A stretch of 63,940 nt of DNA, counting the filler, from Diploschistes diacapsis (taxonomy: Eukaryota), in assembly GCA_023645945.1 (NCBI GenBank). It is 12 parts of 12 records of this genome, joined end to end, with 100 filler letters (N's around TTAATTAATTAA, not from the genome) between each part and the next. Parts side by side here need not be neighbours in the genome. Positions count along the whole stretch, not along the records: positions 1 to 17,928 come from JALAIB010000430.1; 11 more parts are not named here. One strand, given 5' to 3'. The notes below the pieces were generated by a model, which did no database searches, was not told the DNA's origin, and saw only the letters and a program-made list of their open reading frames with translations. The translations under genes were made by a program, and so were the position numbers. Below, piece after piece: positions 1 to 14,573 of the stretch. Within the stretch, counting starts at the first letter, position 1; every line of letters starts with the position of its first letter.

Positions 1-1873
1 CTCACCGCCAGCACCCACCCCATCCTCCTCCTCCCCTTCCTCGAACGTGTGCGGCGGCACCTCGTACAGGCGCAGCAGCTGCTTGTTCGGGTCCTTGACC
101 AGCACGTACTTGCCCTCGGGCTTCCGGAGGCACATGTCGACGATGGTGCGCACGATGCCCCAGCCATTGTTGAGGTTGAGGTTCATCTGCTCGGCGAACT
201 TGCGCGGGTCGTAGCCCACCACGCCGAGGATGACGTGCTTGTCGTTTGAGCGCGGGGTGGCGCGGGAGACGAAGCTGTGGACGGAAAGAGGAAAATGGGT
301 CAGCGGCGTTTGGGATGTGGGGGGAAGAAGGGAGAAGGCGGTGGGTTAGAAAAAGAAAGAAGGGACAGAGGGTCTGTCCGGCTTACCCGAGTTTCATAAC
401 ATCCGCTTTCGCAATGATGCTCTGCGTCGTCCACCGCGCTAGCTTGCAGCTGTTGTTCTTCATCTCCGTCGCCACGACGGCGCCTCTCTGGCTCGTCAGC
501 TTCGTCCGCCAGTCCAGTGATCCCCCGCTCCCTTGTGCTTTGCTGTCGAACTCGTTCAGCGCCTTGATCGTCAGGAATTGGTCCTCGCCGGAAATGGTGT
601 TCTTCACCACGGCGTCCAGCTCCGTCCTTACGATCAGGTGCAGCGGATCCTCATCTTTCTCGAGCGAGAGGTCGAAACGCCTGTATTTGTACGCCTTCGA
701 GGCCAGAGGGTCTGTTTCCTCGTAATTGTGAAAGGGGTTCGCATGGGAAAGCTCGTACTTGCTCGTCTCGCTCTCCTGGACGACTTCGTTGACGAACAGC
801 TCGTTAATGGCCGTCGCCTCTGACGCAAGCATGGCCGGGAAATTGATGGGGTCTTTGTTGCCCTCTGATGCTTCGAGGGGGGCGTCCGCCGCGTTCTCGT
901 TGACGCTGACCATATCGATCTGGCTGCCGTCTCGCTTGTCCAGGAAGACTTTGCTGCCGTGCCGCGTGATAACGATGTCCCAGCTATATACGGAGCGTGG
1001 GGCGCACATGAGCATGGATAGGATAGAGTCGGTGGCGAAGATGGTCGCTTCGTCCTTTTCTGCCAAGTCCTGGATGACAGGGTCGGATGAAGTGGTGATG
1101 TTGTACACTGAGCGGTCCTTGACATTGAGCCGCCGCTCTGTATTTTTGACGGGTGGTCGATCGAAGGCACGGTCGTAGTAATAGAGGAAGCCGTAGGAAT
1201 CGATATCCTCGCCCGCGCCGGTGTCGAGGTTTAGCTTCGCGAGCCGGTTGAAGTCGATTTCTTCAAGCATGGTCCAGTCTGACTTGATGGTTACGGAAGA
1301 ATCGCGGTTGCGCTGCGGTTTGTCATAGTCTTTCCAACCGAATCTGCGGCCACGACCACCTCGTCCGCCACGGTTGTCGTAGAACCCTTGTTGCTGCCCG
1401 CCGCGGCCGGTGCGTTGGAATGTGCCACGTGCGCCACCACGCTGGGATTGGGCACCTCGTCCACCTCGGCCGCGGAATACGGTGCCGCCCCCACGACCGA
1501 AGCCGCGGGGCTTATTAGAGGTTCGAGTGTTGTCGACTACGGAGAAGGAAGATTCATCTTCGGCGGTCTGGACGGCGAAGAGGCTCGATGTTCCAGCGCC
1601 GTAGACTTGCTGGTCTGGTCGACTGATCAGCTTGTTCGGTTAACTGTCTTGAAGACATTGCCTACCTCTATAGTTCCTATTGTATTGTTGTCGTCCGCGC
1701 CCTTCTCTATCCTTCCCTTCAGACGTCCAATCCGCCATGCGGCCAAGCTTGTCGCCTTTGGAGTACGGTGCATAGGGCACGCCATTCACGAGCGAGTCGG
1801 TGCTCGTAGGAGGACCCCATAATGACTCTGTAGGTAAAGACGAAACGATATCTGTCAAGGCAATAGGAGCCAT
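1..1873 (-). CDS. eIF3d: Eukaryotic translation initiation factor 3 subunit D, 3' end cut at contig start
   Basis: Exons about 1873-1666, 1614-387 and 274-1 with GT-AG introns. Spliced product has [61 protein letters not shown] and YVLVKDPNK, all characteristic of eIF3d. No stop before base 1. Confidence 0.95.
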
Positions 1874-2085
1874 GATGTCTGACAAGGCGTATGTTCACTT
1901 TATCAAAAGCGTCGAAAATTATATCCAAGGTAGCGGGGCTCGGGTGAACTAATAAAATAGCCGAGTCTTGGCGAACCGACTGGCCGACCTCTGTTTTCTG
2001 AACGCCTAGATCAACTACGTATTGAGATGGACTGAACCTAGCAAATCAAGTAGGTGCCCGGGCCACCACGAGCTACTCCACTATC

Positions 2086-3313
2086 CTACAACCTCGCCCT
2101 CTCCACCCTCTTCCCCCTCTCATCAAAATCTATCCTCCTCCCTAGCACCAAACTTTCCTGCAAAGCCACCGCAATCCCGACCGCCCTTACCGCCCCCGCC
2201 AACTCAAACGGCAATTCCTTCCCCCTCTCCAAGCACGCCTCCACCCACTCCTTCCCCTCCATCAGGAACGCCTCCCGAAACCTCCCCCAATACGTTTGTG
2301 GAATTTCCCTCCTTATCCCATCAGCCTCCCACATCTCCACCAGATCCGTCGCAGGGTTGCCATTGACAACAATCTTCCCTTTCGTGCCTATGATCTCCGT
2401 CATGTCGTGTTGGCCCGAGGCCATCATGCGCGACGAGTAAAAATACGCAATCTTCCCGCCCCAAAACTCGACGGTCCCCACAGCATTGTCGACGTCGTTG
2501 TACTTGCTGAGCTCGGGCCGGACGGCGCAGACGCCGACGGCGGAGATACTCTTTGGGACGAGCAGCGGGGAGGAGGGGTCTGGCGAGAGAAACCAGAGGG
2601 CGAGGTCGATGTCGTGGATGTTGCAGTCGACGAATATGCCGCCTGGATGCACAGCCTAGAGTGAGTAAAGGGGAAGGCTGATGTGGGATGTAGAGCATGG
2701 GCGGAACGTCCTACCGGAGTGTTGGGCGTAGGAGACGAATATTCCCGATGGATCAAGTTTGTCGCAGGTCTGGGATCGGAAAATGGTTGGCGTTCCGATA
2801 TGGCCGGACGATACATGAAAGAAGGCGGACCGGTACGAGGCGTCAAAGCGGCGGGAGAAGCCGCAGAGGATTTTCAGGTGGGGGTGTGCGAGCGACTCGG
2901 TGACGACGGATTGGGACTAGGGATGGCGTCTTTCAGCTTCCCTGGTCTCGAAACATGGCGGGCATGGAGAGGATGGTCAGACATACGAGTTCTACGCTTA
3001 TGGACAGGGGTTTCTCGCAGAGAACATGCTTGTTCGCTCTCATGGCTTTGATAACCTGTTGGGCGTGCACGGCAGTGGCGGTGGCGATGACAATGCCCTC
3101 AATGCCCGAGTGTAGAAGCATGTCGTTGAAGTCCGTGTAGAGGGCGACGCCGCTGGGCACGAGGTGCTGCTCGGCCCATGCTAGCTCCTTATCGTCCGGT
3201 GAGAAGGCGGCGACGAGCTCGGCGCGGGGGATTTGGTTGAGGAAGTTCATGGCATGGCGAGCTCCCATGCGGCCAAGGCCTGACACGGCGACTTTGAGCT
3301 TGCGGGGTGCCAT
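2086..3313 (-). CDS. Gfo/Idh/MocA family NAD(P)-dependent oxidoreductase (inositol 2-dehydrogenase-like)
   Basis: Three exons. Rossmann GLGRMG, CEKP motif, middle exon ILCGFSRRFD and FRSQTCD, and GGIFVDCNIHDIDLA in the last exon. Confidence 0.9.
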
Positions 3314-4651
3314 TGCGTACCAAATAGCCCGCAGGAGAGGAAGGTGCTTGAGCAACAGCTTATAAACTTATAATAGAAGCGACAGCTCCATCCTGCATCT
3401 CTAGAGTAAGCCGCTCCACTCCATTGAAGAGCTCGAGTAGCAAAGAAATCCCTACATACGGTCAATGAACGCCTCTTAATGCCCGTACCATCCCGCATTC
3501 ACCTGAAGTCAAGTCCACAGGTGACCATCTCTACCCAACGTCCAATTTCTTGGCTTCCCATGTAATACCTCTTACCATGCTGCCACTTGTCTTCTTGCTA
3601 CTATACCAAATAGCTTTTCCCTGCCAATTTTTCGTTCTCATTTGTGGCCAATACGTGGTTCTGTGGGCCAAGGTAGGGTTAGGGTTAAACTATCGTCGTT
3701 GCATTTTGCAGCCAATCGCTCTACTCTTTGGTCCTAAAGAGGTCCAATCACTGAGAGTTTGGCAACTGTAGGAGCAGAATATAAAGTGAGTTGGGTAAAC
3801 GCCCTGAGTTGGATTACTGGGAAAAGTTAAACCTCGCTAACTGAGCATCACTAGGTACTTCTAAGCTTCTTGAAACGAAAAATTTCACAAGCGGAGAGAG
3901 GAACGGGTAAGGACGACGGCAGGCCCTCATAACGGACAGGTTCAATCAATGCACTCAAAATAAACATTAGAATTGGCATTCAACTTTGGCGCTAACTAGG
4001 TATCTAAAGGCCTTGCAACGCATAATTTAAACCTTGAAACCACCCAGATAAGCAGGTCCAGGCATACGGGCGCTGGATCTCAAGCATGCGTTAAATTGAG
4101 ACCCTCGATGCACGTAGGAAGTGACCCCATCCGTAACACGCCGTCAGCCGAGAAGGAAGTTTTAAAATTCCAGAGAAAGCTGGGTAGTGAGAGTTGATAG
4201 ATGAAGGAATATCCCGCCGTTGATTCAATCCGTAGTTTCCTCATCACAATGGAATAAACAAGCTGGTTCGTGAATTATTCGTTCTGACGTGCTGTCGTTT
4301 CTTCAGCAGCAAGATTCGCCGACCGATGAACTCCACAGCAATGCTTTCGATATAACGTCGTGCCCTCCTCTTGTGAAATAGCCTGCAGAATACTGAGCGT
4401 GATAGTAGACGAAACATTATCGTAAGGCGATTGAAGGCAATAGAATGGGTACATATTCGTTATGATCGGCTACTAGTACGCCACGTCAGAAGACAAAGTC
4501 GGGTATCCAACCGTAACTCCCAGCCACCCTACATGCAATCACTGAGCCAAATCATGAATGAAATATGGGAACACGCCGACAGATGCAAAGATGGGAAAAA
4601 GTAATACGAGCAAAGGCAAAAGCGCGACGACTTTACCGAAGCTAGCATCGC

Positions 4652-7600
4652 TTACCCAGCTCCTGCTGCGTTTAAGTGTCCATTGGTAGCGTGTCTTTGG
4701 AAGTTTGACGGCCGATGACTGTGGCGATTTGGCGTACCATTGCTTTTGATGCTGTCGGAGCTTCCCGTGCGGTAGTGGTAAGGGCTGTTGCGATTACCAA
4801 TCTCGGTTTGCAGTTGTGGCGGGGTATTGTGATTCGTGGATGGATAAGAGGGAGCACCGTTCTGCTGTACGTGCCGGACCGACGACTCTTTCTGCCACGC
4901 GTGAAATTGATTCGGATCAGTATCGACTCGAGTGATGGGTGGAGCACCAGCCCTGGCATTGCCTCCGTTCGAATCTTGACTACGCACCGGCATATCCACT
5001 GATTCTGGCTTGACATTGGTGTAATGGCGCTCAGGCGTCTTGGCTATGTCTGCGTATCTCTTCAGAATTTCCTTCGTGGTAACTTCAGGCATGTTGTTGA
5101 AGAGATCGGTATCATTGAGAACGGATTGGATATCCTCCGGTACTTCGGCCATTTGGTCATTCCAATCCAAGAGCATATTAACAGCCTCAATGGCAAGGAA
5201 GCTCTCATCTGCAGCGCCCGCTTTTGGGTCTGCATACAGTATATTCGGCGCAATAACAGTCGCAAGGTTATGAGTATCCATCTTGCTTCCAGACTCTTCA
5301 TCAACTTGAGAAAATGATGCGGCCCAGTTGAGGAACGAAAACAATATCTCGACAGAGTCGCGGTGGGTCTTTGGAAGTAGACAGCATGTGAGATGGAGGA
5401 TCCTCTTACGCTTCGTTTCATCAGTGATTTCTATTGAAAGTGTTAGCATTAAGAAAGGCATTGCTCATCTTTGCGCTTACTTTGAGACGTAATAAAGAGA
5501 CTGTGGAACTTGTGCGTTAGCAAAGGGTCCGGCATCTCCCGTAGGAATTTCTTGAGTAGTGCAGCGACTTGCACTGGATACTCCTTCGTCAGATCGACTT
5601 CACTTTCTTTGGAATCGATACGTTCTGCAAGTTCTTTTAAACCACGTATGTTACCGTTTTTCCTGAAGACGCCTTCAACAGACATGTCCATGCCTCGCAT
5701 GGCAGCGATCGCTTCATCAAGAAGGCTTGGAACGCGAAGCGCACCGGGACCGACTCCGAAAGTTGATTCAACACCCTCACGCTCGACGAGAACGTCAAGG
5801 CTAACACCAAAAACACCTTTCTTCTTGCCGCCTTTCGGCTTGTCATTCTTGAAAATCTTGCCCCAAAATGTCTGTTTCCGACTCTCAATGAGAGTAAGCA
5901 GATCTTCAAGATTGAAATGAGGCTCTAACAACGGCTGCATCTGCAGTACAGCAACATGGCGAACGATGAAATACTCCAAGCCCGAGAGCTCGGAGAAGAA
6001 TCTCTTGGTTCTCTCCACGGGATGATTACCTCCGCTGGGAGATCCATCGCCAGCACCGCCCGCAATATCTCTTTGGTAGCCACCCATGAGCTTCGGCTGT
6101 CGGCCCCCTGAAAGAAGTTTGTTATGAGCATGCCTATACGCGTTTGGCCTTTGCTCCTTTGCTTGTTCGGCGGCAACGATGCGAGGTATATCATCCAGGG
6201 TCAACGCATCTTGATGTCCGAAGGCTAGATCTGCCTTTATATCACCATTCGCATCTTGATCTTCGACAATGTGAAAGCCGCTCTTCCTTCTCTCAGCAGC
6301 ATTGACCCCCGGACCAAGGTTTTGCGCCTCTGGTCCGTCGATGATGCGGGATGTTCTTGCTTTTTTGAGAGTTGTGGAGAGATGCTTTTCCATTCGGGTG
6401 GAGCGTAGCCTTTTCATCTCGCCCACGGTCTGTTCGTAACTCGACTGTGGCTGATCCGCTATAGGAGTTCCCCCAAAAGACTTTGATCTGGTTTCAGGGC
6501 TTAACATGGGCGATTCAATGCCTCCACTTGGGGATATCCGGTGGCCTTCGTTTGAGTCGAACGTGGAGAGGTTAGGGTCATCTAGAGCTCAGTTAGACTA
6601 GCTACGATCTACGAGCTCTAAGAGATCGCCTACCTGACGTGTGTGGTAGTGTCCCGGAAGATCTTAGGACAGCCAGTAGACGAGCCAAGGCAATTCTCAG
6701 GAGGTATACATATTGCTGCAGTCTGCTCACACGCTCGACAGAGCTCACAGTGTCAGTTGGATAGACATGTGTGCGCTTGCAGTTAGTGCAGAATGCTCGC
6801 TGGTGTTGATCGAGCCAGACTGCCTTGCTAACATCAGGCTCATCACCGATTTCTCTGTGGCAACTGTCGCATTGCAAATGCTTCGCGTGCCATCTGCGGT
6901 TTCCAATGCGTAGGCACTCGTCATCAATTGGCTGGTGACAAGCAGTGCAGAGGTCTGACTTTTCTTCGGCCAATTCCGACATGCTCGCTGTTTCATCGAG
7001 CGAGCTGTCCGTATCTTTTAGCAGTTCAATACGAGTCAAATCGTCAAGGAAGACGTGAAGGCCTTCACTCTTGCCAATGTCTTTCTCTAGTTTCAAAGCA
7101 CCTTGAAGGCTGATGCGGATCAACAGTTTAAGGTAATGAGCAAGGCCAGTGACCAGCGACAGCAACTCTTGAGTAACGCCTAAGCGCTTGACGCCAGTGT
7201 CCTGGGTCTTCGTAAGAAGAGTGAAGAAGGAGACGATCCGCTTGCACAGGAGCTTGGCCTCTCGACCATAAGAGAGGCCTGAATGGATCAGTTTGGAAAT
7301 TTCTTTGGGCCACCGAATTTAGCTTACCATTCTTCCCAGAAGAAACAACGTACGAGTCCAGCTTGTCTGTAGCGCTGAAAAGCACATCCACGTAATTAAT
7401 AAACTTCTTGGCAACTAGAACCCCTTCCATATAGGCTCCGTTGCTGACGTGAAGGAGCATGTCGGAAATGCAAGCAGCAGAGCTTTCCTCAAACTGGGAG
7501 AGCACGCTCCAGATTCTGTATGTGCGCTCCTCCATCATCTCCTCTTCGTCTCGCATCTTATTGCGCTGCTCTTCAGAAGCGTCATCGTCAAACGGAGGCT

Positions 7601-8501
7601 CTACTTGTGCATCCCCTCTAGCTTTGGCAAGTCGTACATTCCAGAACTTGTGAATCATGTAACACTCTGGATGCCAGTGCTGGTTTTGACCGTTTCGGAA
7701 TATCTCAACGAATTGCTTGAGGATTGCAGTCTGGCAACCATTGCAGCGCTGGGCAAATCGTGTAGAGTAGTGGTAGTGGCAGTAGACCATGCCATCGTGT
7801 TCATAGTAGCTGTCTTTTGCGCCAAAAGCTGTCGGACAGACCGAGCACGTGAAATGATCGATATGATACTTGTGATCAAGTGCGGTTACGTAGGAACCCC
7901 GAAGAGCCCCTCCACAATTATGGCACAAAAGGTCAAGTCGCCTAAAGTAATCCGTCTCACAGAGCGGGTATTGGCGACCACTGCCTTCTTCGTCATCAAC
8001 AGGAAAGAATTTTGAAGCTACAACTTCTCCACAGTCCTAACCATGCTGTTAGCCGCTTGAAAGCAGATTATGTGGGAGTATCAGTAGTACCCGGCATCTG
8101 AAGCATTCTAAATGGAATGTTCCGCCTATCGCACGGACAAATTGACCGGTTAGAGGCTGGCTGCAGCTCATGCAAATCCTTTGTGACGGCTTGGAGCCCA
8201 CATTCGGGTTGACTCGAGGCTTTTCACGAACTGGTAACTCTCTGGTATGTTCCGCACCCGCACTCTCATGCTGACGTTCTGTGTATGACGATTGTCCGCC
8301 TGGTGGTTGATGCCCATGATTATAAGGCAAGTTCGAGAGATCTTGTCGCTGTGAGCTGGCATTATGAACGTCGCCACGGACATGTGAAGATTGATCGGTG
8401 TAGTTTGTCGGTGCTTGAGCGGGAAAGTCTCGAGTATTGTAAGTTTCTGAGCTATAGGAGCCCTCGGGGTAGGTTGTATGTTGCTGTTGGGAGCCCATCA
8501 T
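4652..8501 (-). CDS. LRG1: LIM-domain Rho GTPase-activating protein (Lrg1/Rga1 type)
   Basis: About 5 exons joining ORFs 8049-8501, 7128-7928, 6602-7165, 5449-6507 and 4652-5461. Several LIM zinc fingers (CMSC..FHLECFRC, CHNC..YHIDHFTC, CTAC..WHAKHLQC). RhoGAP domain with EGVFRKNG arginine finger, LLKKFLREMPDPLLT and KMDTHNLATVIAPNIL. Confidence 0.92.
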
Positions 8502-8966
8502 GATAGCGTTCTTTGCCGAGTGTTAATGAGGGTAGAATTGTGCCTGCCGGTCGGACATTGCAGAGCGCTCTAGCGAAAAGCAGCTAGAGAATTCTTTTGG
8601 ACTCCTCAAAGAATCTGAAGTATAAGGCAGTTATTTTCCTCGCTGGGTGAAGCCACAACCCAATGGCTGTACCAAAGTTTCGTTAGATGCGGGCGGTTGG
8701 TGCAGTCCTGCGGAGCACTTGAGCGGACAGGTTTCAGTCGCTCTGCAAGCAGAACACAAGCAAATCTTCAGCAAACGACCAAGGAAATGGATATAACGAT
8801 CAGCAGCGACTCCGTTCAGGTGCGAATCATCAATGAAGGGAAACCATGATATTCTGGGGATAGAGTAGGGGTCTTCTATTGAACTGAAGTGTTTAATGAT
8901 GGCCATTTCGCACTAGCCGCCCTGCCGTCTTGGCATCCGGCACCGAGGTTGACCCTTCTCTTCATC

Positions 8967-8996
<30 letters not shown>
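8967..8996. repeat. (TA)n / TATG microsatellite
   Basis: Run of TA dinucleotides followed by TATG units. Confidence 0.85.
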
Positions 8997-8999
<3 letters not shown>

Positions 9000-10489
9000 G
9001 CTTCAAGCAAGCAATCAAACGTCTGGATAGTCAACAGAAACTGCATGGAGAAAAGTGGATATCGAACTGACAGGATTAGATATCGAAACATGGAATTCAA
9101 CAAACCTGCAACAGCTCGGCGCCTCCTCATCTGCTTGGATACGTATCGGTAGCCCATGATTTGATCATCTTCAAAAATCTAATGATGAATGCTAAGCAGA
9201 ACTCCGAGGCTAACTAGCAGATTATCACTACGGTATAGCTACGAGACACCACCTCAGCTCCATTCTACAGCCAGGAATGAAAATTACGGCTCCTGGAAGG
9301 GCAAGACATTGCATCTTGACCGTTACATTTCCGATTCTTAACTTTGATCGGGGTTGAATTAGGGATCTAAAGAAAACCAGAGGCATCGACTTTTGAAGGG
9401 AAGGGAAGGAAAGTAATCTTCGCTAGAAAAGCTGTCTAAGGTTTCCATGAACCCCCAAAGAGCTGCACTTTCCTGCTGTCATATCCCTTGCTCGCTTGCC
9501 TGATGTGCTCTGCGAATACTTTGTGCACAACCCTTTGTTACAAACTGTCAATCTGCCTGTCCTCATTATACCGTTCAAAATCATGATAATCAAAGGGTCA
9601 AACTTGTGGGATAACAAATAGAGCATAAGGAACCCGAGTCTTAACGAGAGAGAGATTCCGCCGATATCAGCGTCCGAACAGATGCCATGGGACCATCTTT
9701 CAAAGCTCAGCCATATCTAAAGCTCTACTGTCATTTTGTCGCATTTTTCCAAATTCAGCTGCCAAATCATATTGGTAAGACGACGTATTTCCGGCGAGGC
9801 TATAGCAAATGGTACGCAATGCAAACTCGACTAGTATAGATAAGTGTGAATCCTCTACTGAAAAGAAAGTGCATTTCATGGTTGACGAGATTTTGGCCTC
9901 CGTAATCACTTATAGGCGACAATGACCCCATTCAGCTCTCCGTTCACTGGACAAGATTTATAACAGAAGGACAAAGGCGCCAGCTACTAAACGACAGATG
10001 AGGCTGATAGACATTGCGCGGGAAATGAGATGGTCTGTATCTTTTAATGACTGCTATCTTTGTAAAACACAAAGAGAGCAGAACTTGAAGACTTGAACTT
10101 CGATTGACTAGTCTAAATTGGATTGGGGCAGCCGAAAGCACGGCAAGAAAGCGTTCCGGTCAAGTGCCTGTCAATCATCAACTGTGCGTTTTGCATATAC
10201 AACTATGATACATCGCTGCCGGCTCCACGTCGATGTCCCCCGCATATAGCTCAAGCTCAATCTAAACTTCCCGGGAGTGCTGACTTGGGGCTCTTGGACT
10301 TTTGCCCACCGTAGTGAAGAGCGGCGCCACGGGCCATGAATACTAAGGTTGGGGCTAGACCTCTGTGCGGGGGCCAATGCAAGACTTTTTTGCTCTCATC
10401 GACAGATGTCGGGCATTGAGGCTCCATTGCCTGCAGCAGACGCCAAGGTCGAACGATTCGATTCAAAAAAAAAGGGCTGAGCGCTCAAG

Positions 10490-12480
10490 ATGAGCACACA
10501 GCGAACTCTGCACTTGGTCCGTAGGTTGGTTAGAGTCTTGTATGACCGATTAGAGTTGTTGACCCGGACCAGCCATGTCCACGCTGGCGACATTCCGGGA
10601 ACGGTTGACCAGCGTACAGTAGAGGGAGACGATACTGCTTACGGACAAGCATTGTACCCTGTGCCCACGGAAGACCGCAATGATCCCTTGTAGGTAAGTC
10701 ACAATAGATTCGGTAATGGAAGCAACGTCTAAACCTATAACATAGTGGTCAAATAACAAGAAACCGACAATTCTCGCCATCTATGTTAATATTCTTATTT
10801 CGGCAATGCAGCGCTCCTATGACCCTCTGTCTACATGGAGATTTTTGCGGAAGAATTCGGAATCTCGCCGACAGATGCTTCTGGCTTGATGTCGTACCCG
10901 AATCTCGTTTATGGCTTTGGTAAGCTCCGTCCTTAATGAGTGGCTATTGTACTAAAGCTTGGAGGCTCTCTTCTTCCTATGCCAGCGTACTTGAAGTTCG
11001 GTAGAAGACAGGTCATGTTGGGTTCAATGCTACTGGTACGAACGGATATAGCTGCTTGCGATGAATAAGAAGGTTCACTGAACGCTCTAGTTCATCTTCG
11101 GACTCATTGGAGCGTCTCAAGCTACTACATAGGGTGGTTTGATGGCTGCGCGCATTATCCACGCGTTAGGTAACGGAGTCGGGGAATCTCTCCCTGTTCA
11201 ACTTGTTAACGACATCTTGTTCCTGAACGAATTCGGCAAAAAGCTTAGTTACTACACAATTTGCCTTTGCTGGGGATCGACCTCTTTACGCGGGCTGCAT
11301 GCTAGCTAGAGGCTACAGCTGGCATCCATAATTCTTCCTTCTCGTAGCCTTTGCTGGTGTACTGTTCATTCTGACCTTCCTGTTTGCTGAGGAATCAGCC
11401 TACAAGCGGAAGGCTCTGCCCGGTTTGCGTCGATCATCTAACGAAAACTTTGAAAAAGACGGGCCGGCGACTCACAATGAGGCTATTTCTATGGTCCCGC
11501 CACGAAAACTCTTCCCACAGACTTTGAAACCCCCGAACAGGATCGACTACGAAGCCGAGTTCTTCATGACCATGTTGCGGTCCTTCATATACTTTCTCGT
11601 TCCCTCAGTGCTGTGAGTAGTAACAAGCTTTGGTAACTACTTTGCCTCGCCAACCATCGCCCTTAAAGCTAACCGTATTAAGGCATCTACGTTGGCCTCG
11701 CCGCCCTCACCTTCAACTGCACCTTTCCCACTGGGACCGTCGCTCCGCCCTATAACTGGAGCCGGGTACCATCCGCCCCCAACACCCTATCCTACCAACA
11801 CTAACCCCGCACATAGACAAATCCCGGCCCCATAGCCCTTGGAACATACGTTACTGTCTCGATGTCTCCTTCATCAGCACCTCGGACCGCTTCGCGGCGT
11901 ACCTGACGCGTAAGAAAAACAGCATCCGTGAGGCCAGGATGAGGTTGGGCGTCATGCTCCCCGCTATGCTGATCGGTGCCGCGCGACTGGTACTATACGC
12001 CTGACCGCAGCGCGGAATCTGCACTGGGTGGGCTATTTCGCCAGCGTAGCGATGGTGGATTGGAGCAGTTATTTCTGCTTCACTTTTGCGCTGGCGGTAA
12101 GACATAACCGCCCTCCTCCCGTCATCCTTTCAGCCTAAACTCTTCGAACCCTCCATATGCTGCACTCGAAGTACTAGCCGCTCAAATAAGGCTTTGTTAA
12201 CGGGTTGACGATATATACAGTATGCCATTGACTTCCAAACAGCCAATACGTCGGAGATGCTGATTGCCATGAACCTGGGTAAGCAAGCCATCAGCTTCGG
12301 CATGGGCGTCTACCTACTCGACTGGATCCTGACAACAGGCTACGTGACCGTCATTTTGGAGCGTCCGTCGCGGTGCTGTTGGCGAATACCTTGTGGTGCT
12401 GGTGTTTATGTGGAAAGGGAAATGCGTTCCGAAGGTTTAAGATGAGGAAGTGGTTGGGGAAACTGCACGCTAGCACGAAG
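10490..12480 (+). pseudogene. Degraded multi-exon MFS transporter (HOL1/DHA1-like)
   Basis: Recognisable segments LYPVPTEDRNDPL, KFGRRQVML, ARIIHALG..ESLPVQLVNDILFLNE, IREARMRL and YAIDF..EMLIAMNLGKQAISFG. Lesions: in-frame TAG at 11130-11132, small deletion with frameshift near 11280, TGA at 11614-11616 where Trp is expected, frameshift near 12001. Confidence 0.85.
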
Positions 12481-14573
12481 GTGGGTGTGGAAGAGGCTTG
12501 AGGTTACAGGTTGGAGAGGGTGATTGGCGATATGCAGGAGAGGAGGCGGAGAGGATGGTTGAAGATAGATATGAATGGGATTGAGGTCGTTATTCGTTAA
12601 TTGATCGATTGTTAACACAGACAAAGGCACAGAATCTCGATGCAGCGAGCTAGCCAATGTTGTTATACAGTTATCCACCCTGGACTAAAATCTCTTTTTG
12701 GGGGACTCAAAATGGAGCTCTCCTGACGATGATGCGCGCTGAATCCCATGGCTCTCCTTATACACTCCAATATGTGCATTGACAATGCTTCGTTGTCTTC
12801 TTGTGAAGTCATTACAGACTGTATGCACAAACTCCAATCTTTCACCCTACAAGAACCGCAGCAGATCTTCGGTACCATTTACTAGAGCTTCGGAGAAAAC
12901 CATTCAAATCTGTTCATCTAGAGGCAATGAAACAGCAGAGAAAGGGCCGATGAGCATACAAGAGTACATAAGGGGAACCACGAAAATATAAAGTAGCATG
13001 TTCAGGGAAGCTTCGAGGCATTTTATCCCGAAAAGAATACTTTAGTTCAGCGCAGAGAGTAATATTGATCAATCATAGAGTTGTCGTCTGATTGAATCCG
13101 ATCTTCGCGAAGCTGCACTATAGTATTGAAGGTCTCCAAGGGTAGCTATGGGGTGTGTCGGTACGTCACGGTAATATCTTCGTTGCTTCAGGCCTGACTC
13201 TGTCTTGTTCTCTCTTTCTAATAGTCTTAACGCCTCGTAGTACTGAGAACTTCCTTGCTCTCTCCTGAACTAAAGAGCAACCCTACCGAAACGCTCACCA
13301 GTATATGAGGGATCCAGTACTAAAATAGCGAGGGCTTCGAATTTCTGCTCGCAAGGTTTCAGGTTAATTGCCAAGCTCCAAATCCCCTGTTGTTTAAATT
13401 CTTTGTCTAGGGCGATGATAATGGAGCGATAGCTTTTTTTTGGTTGAATATATAGAAAGAGTGGAGAGGAGCGAAGATAGGATGGAAAGGACGACCTATA
13501 TAGCCATTAAATAGCAGGCAAAAGCTACAAAATGGACATAGTCCAGCACATACTGGGCAGTACCTGGCGGAGAAGGCGGGGATTGGGGGCTCTGATGTAC
13601 AAAACGAACTGAGTACGGCGGAAGTGTAATGGTGGAAACGAAAGAAGTAGTACTTACTAAATAGTACCATGGCGCAGATGGTCTGAGCACAACTTGATGC
13701 CTTCGGTACCAGATGGTGAGCCGCTACTTCATGGAGACAGATCGCGTGCACGATGGCTTCTTGGTGTAAATAGATAACTCAAGCCAAGAAAAACTGCGGG
13801 GAACGCAGGTTCTTGAAGCTAAGGGAAAAGAAGATTACAATCTGCTTATGAAGCTAAGAAGCTCGAAGAGAGCTTCGGTGTCTTGTAGAGAGGAACTCCT
13901 GTGAATGTACGCTAGCAGCAAATGTAGTGGCAGCTGTAACAATGTCTTCAGGTGCGCTTCGGGGCCATATGTGAGGTATTGTAGCTGCTTGAACGAATTC
14001 ACCGGGGATGCCCTCGCTCAAATGCCCTCGCTAAAGAACTCTCGTGGTATGAACAAGTAGGGCGAGCTTGCTTAACTGTACAGGTAAGCTCGACTCGTGG
14101 TGAGAGAAGTACTTGTCATATTCAGGAAGTGCTGCAAGACGCAACTCATTATTGCCTTTTGTATAGCACCATATCGAGACATAGGTCTCGTTCCCTTCGT
14201 TTCACTGGAGGGACTGGCTTCTTCGTATGCAGAAAGTTACACCTGTCCAATACTGTAGTTTCATGATGTTGAGCTTGCCCTCCATTATGAGAACATTGCT
14301 CAACGTCGTAGGATTAGCGGTTAAATAGCGCAAGGCTGCGACACGTGACTCAAGGCTTCGTTCGATCCGTGCCTTTGATGGTTGTCTGCTCGAAGACCAT
14401 TCATTTCACATTAACGTTCGACTCTCCCCCCAGCCTTATCAAATCAGAATTTAACACCGCAATACATATATTCTCACCTGCTTTTCTACATAACTCCGAG
14501 CTTCGTAGCCAACGAGCAGTGAGCGTCTCTCGGTCGACCAGGATCAACCCCGATTTCACGTTGTGTTCTTGAC

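Noticed and set aside
3675..3688. TTAGGG telomere-like repeats (also near 18243)
   Set aside because: Only about two units, and one case lies within a coding exon; expected by chance.
12500..14340. Possible gene in the long interval before the E2 gene
   Set aside because: Only short ORFs with no recognisable domains. A very old pseudogene cannot be excluded, and a tblastx search would settle it.
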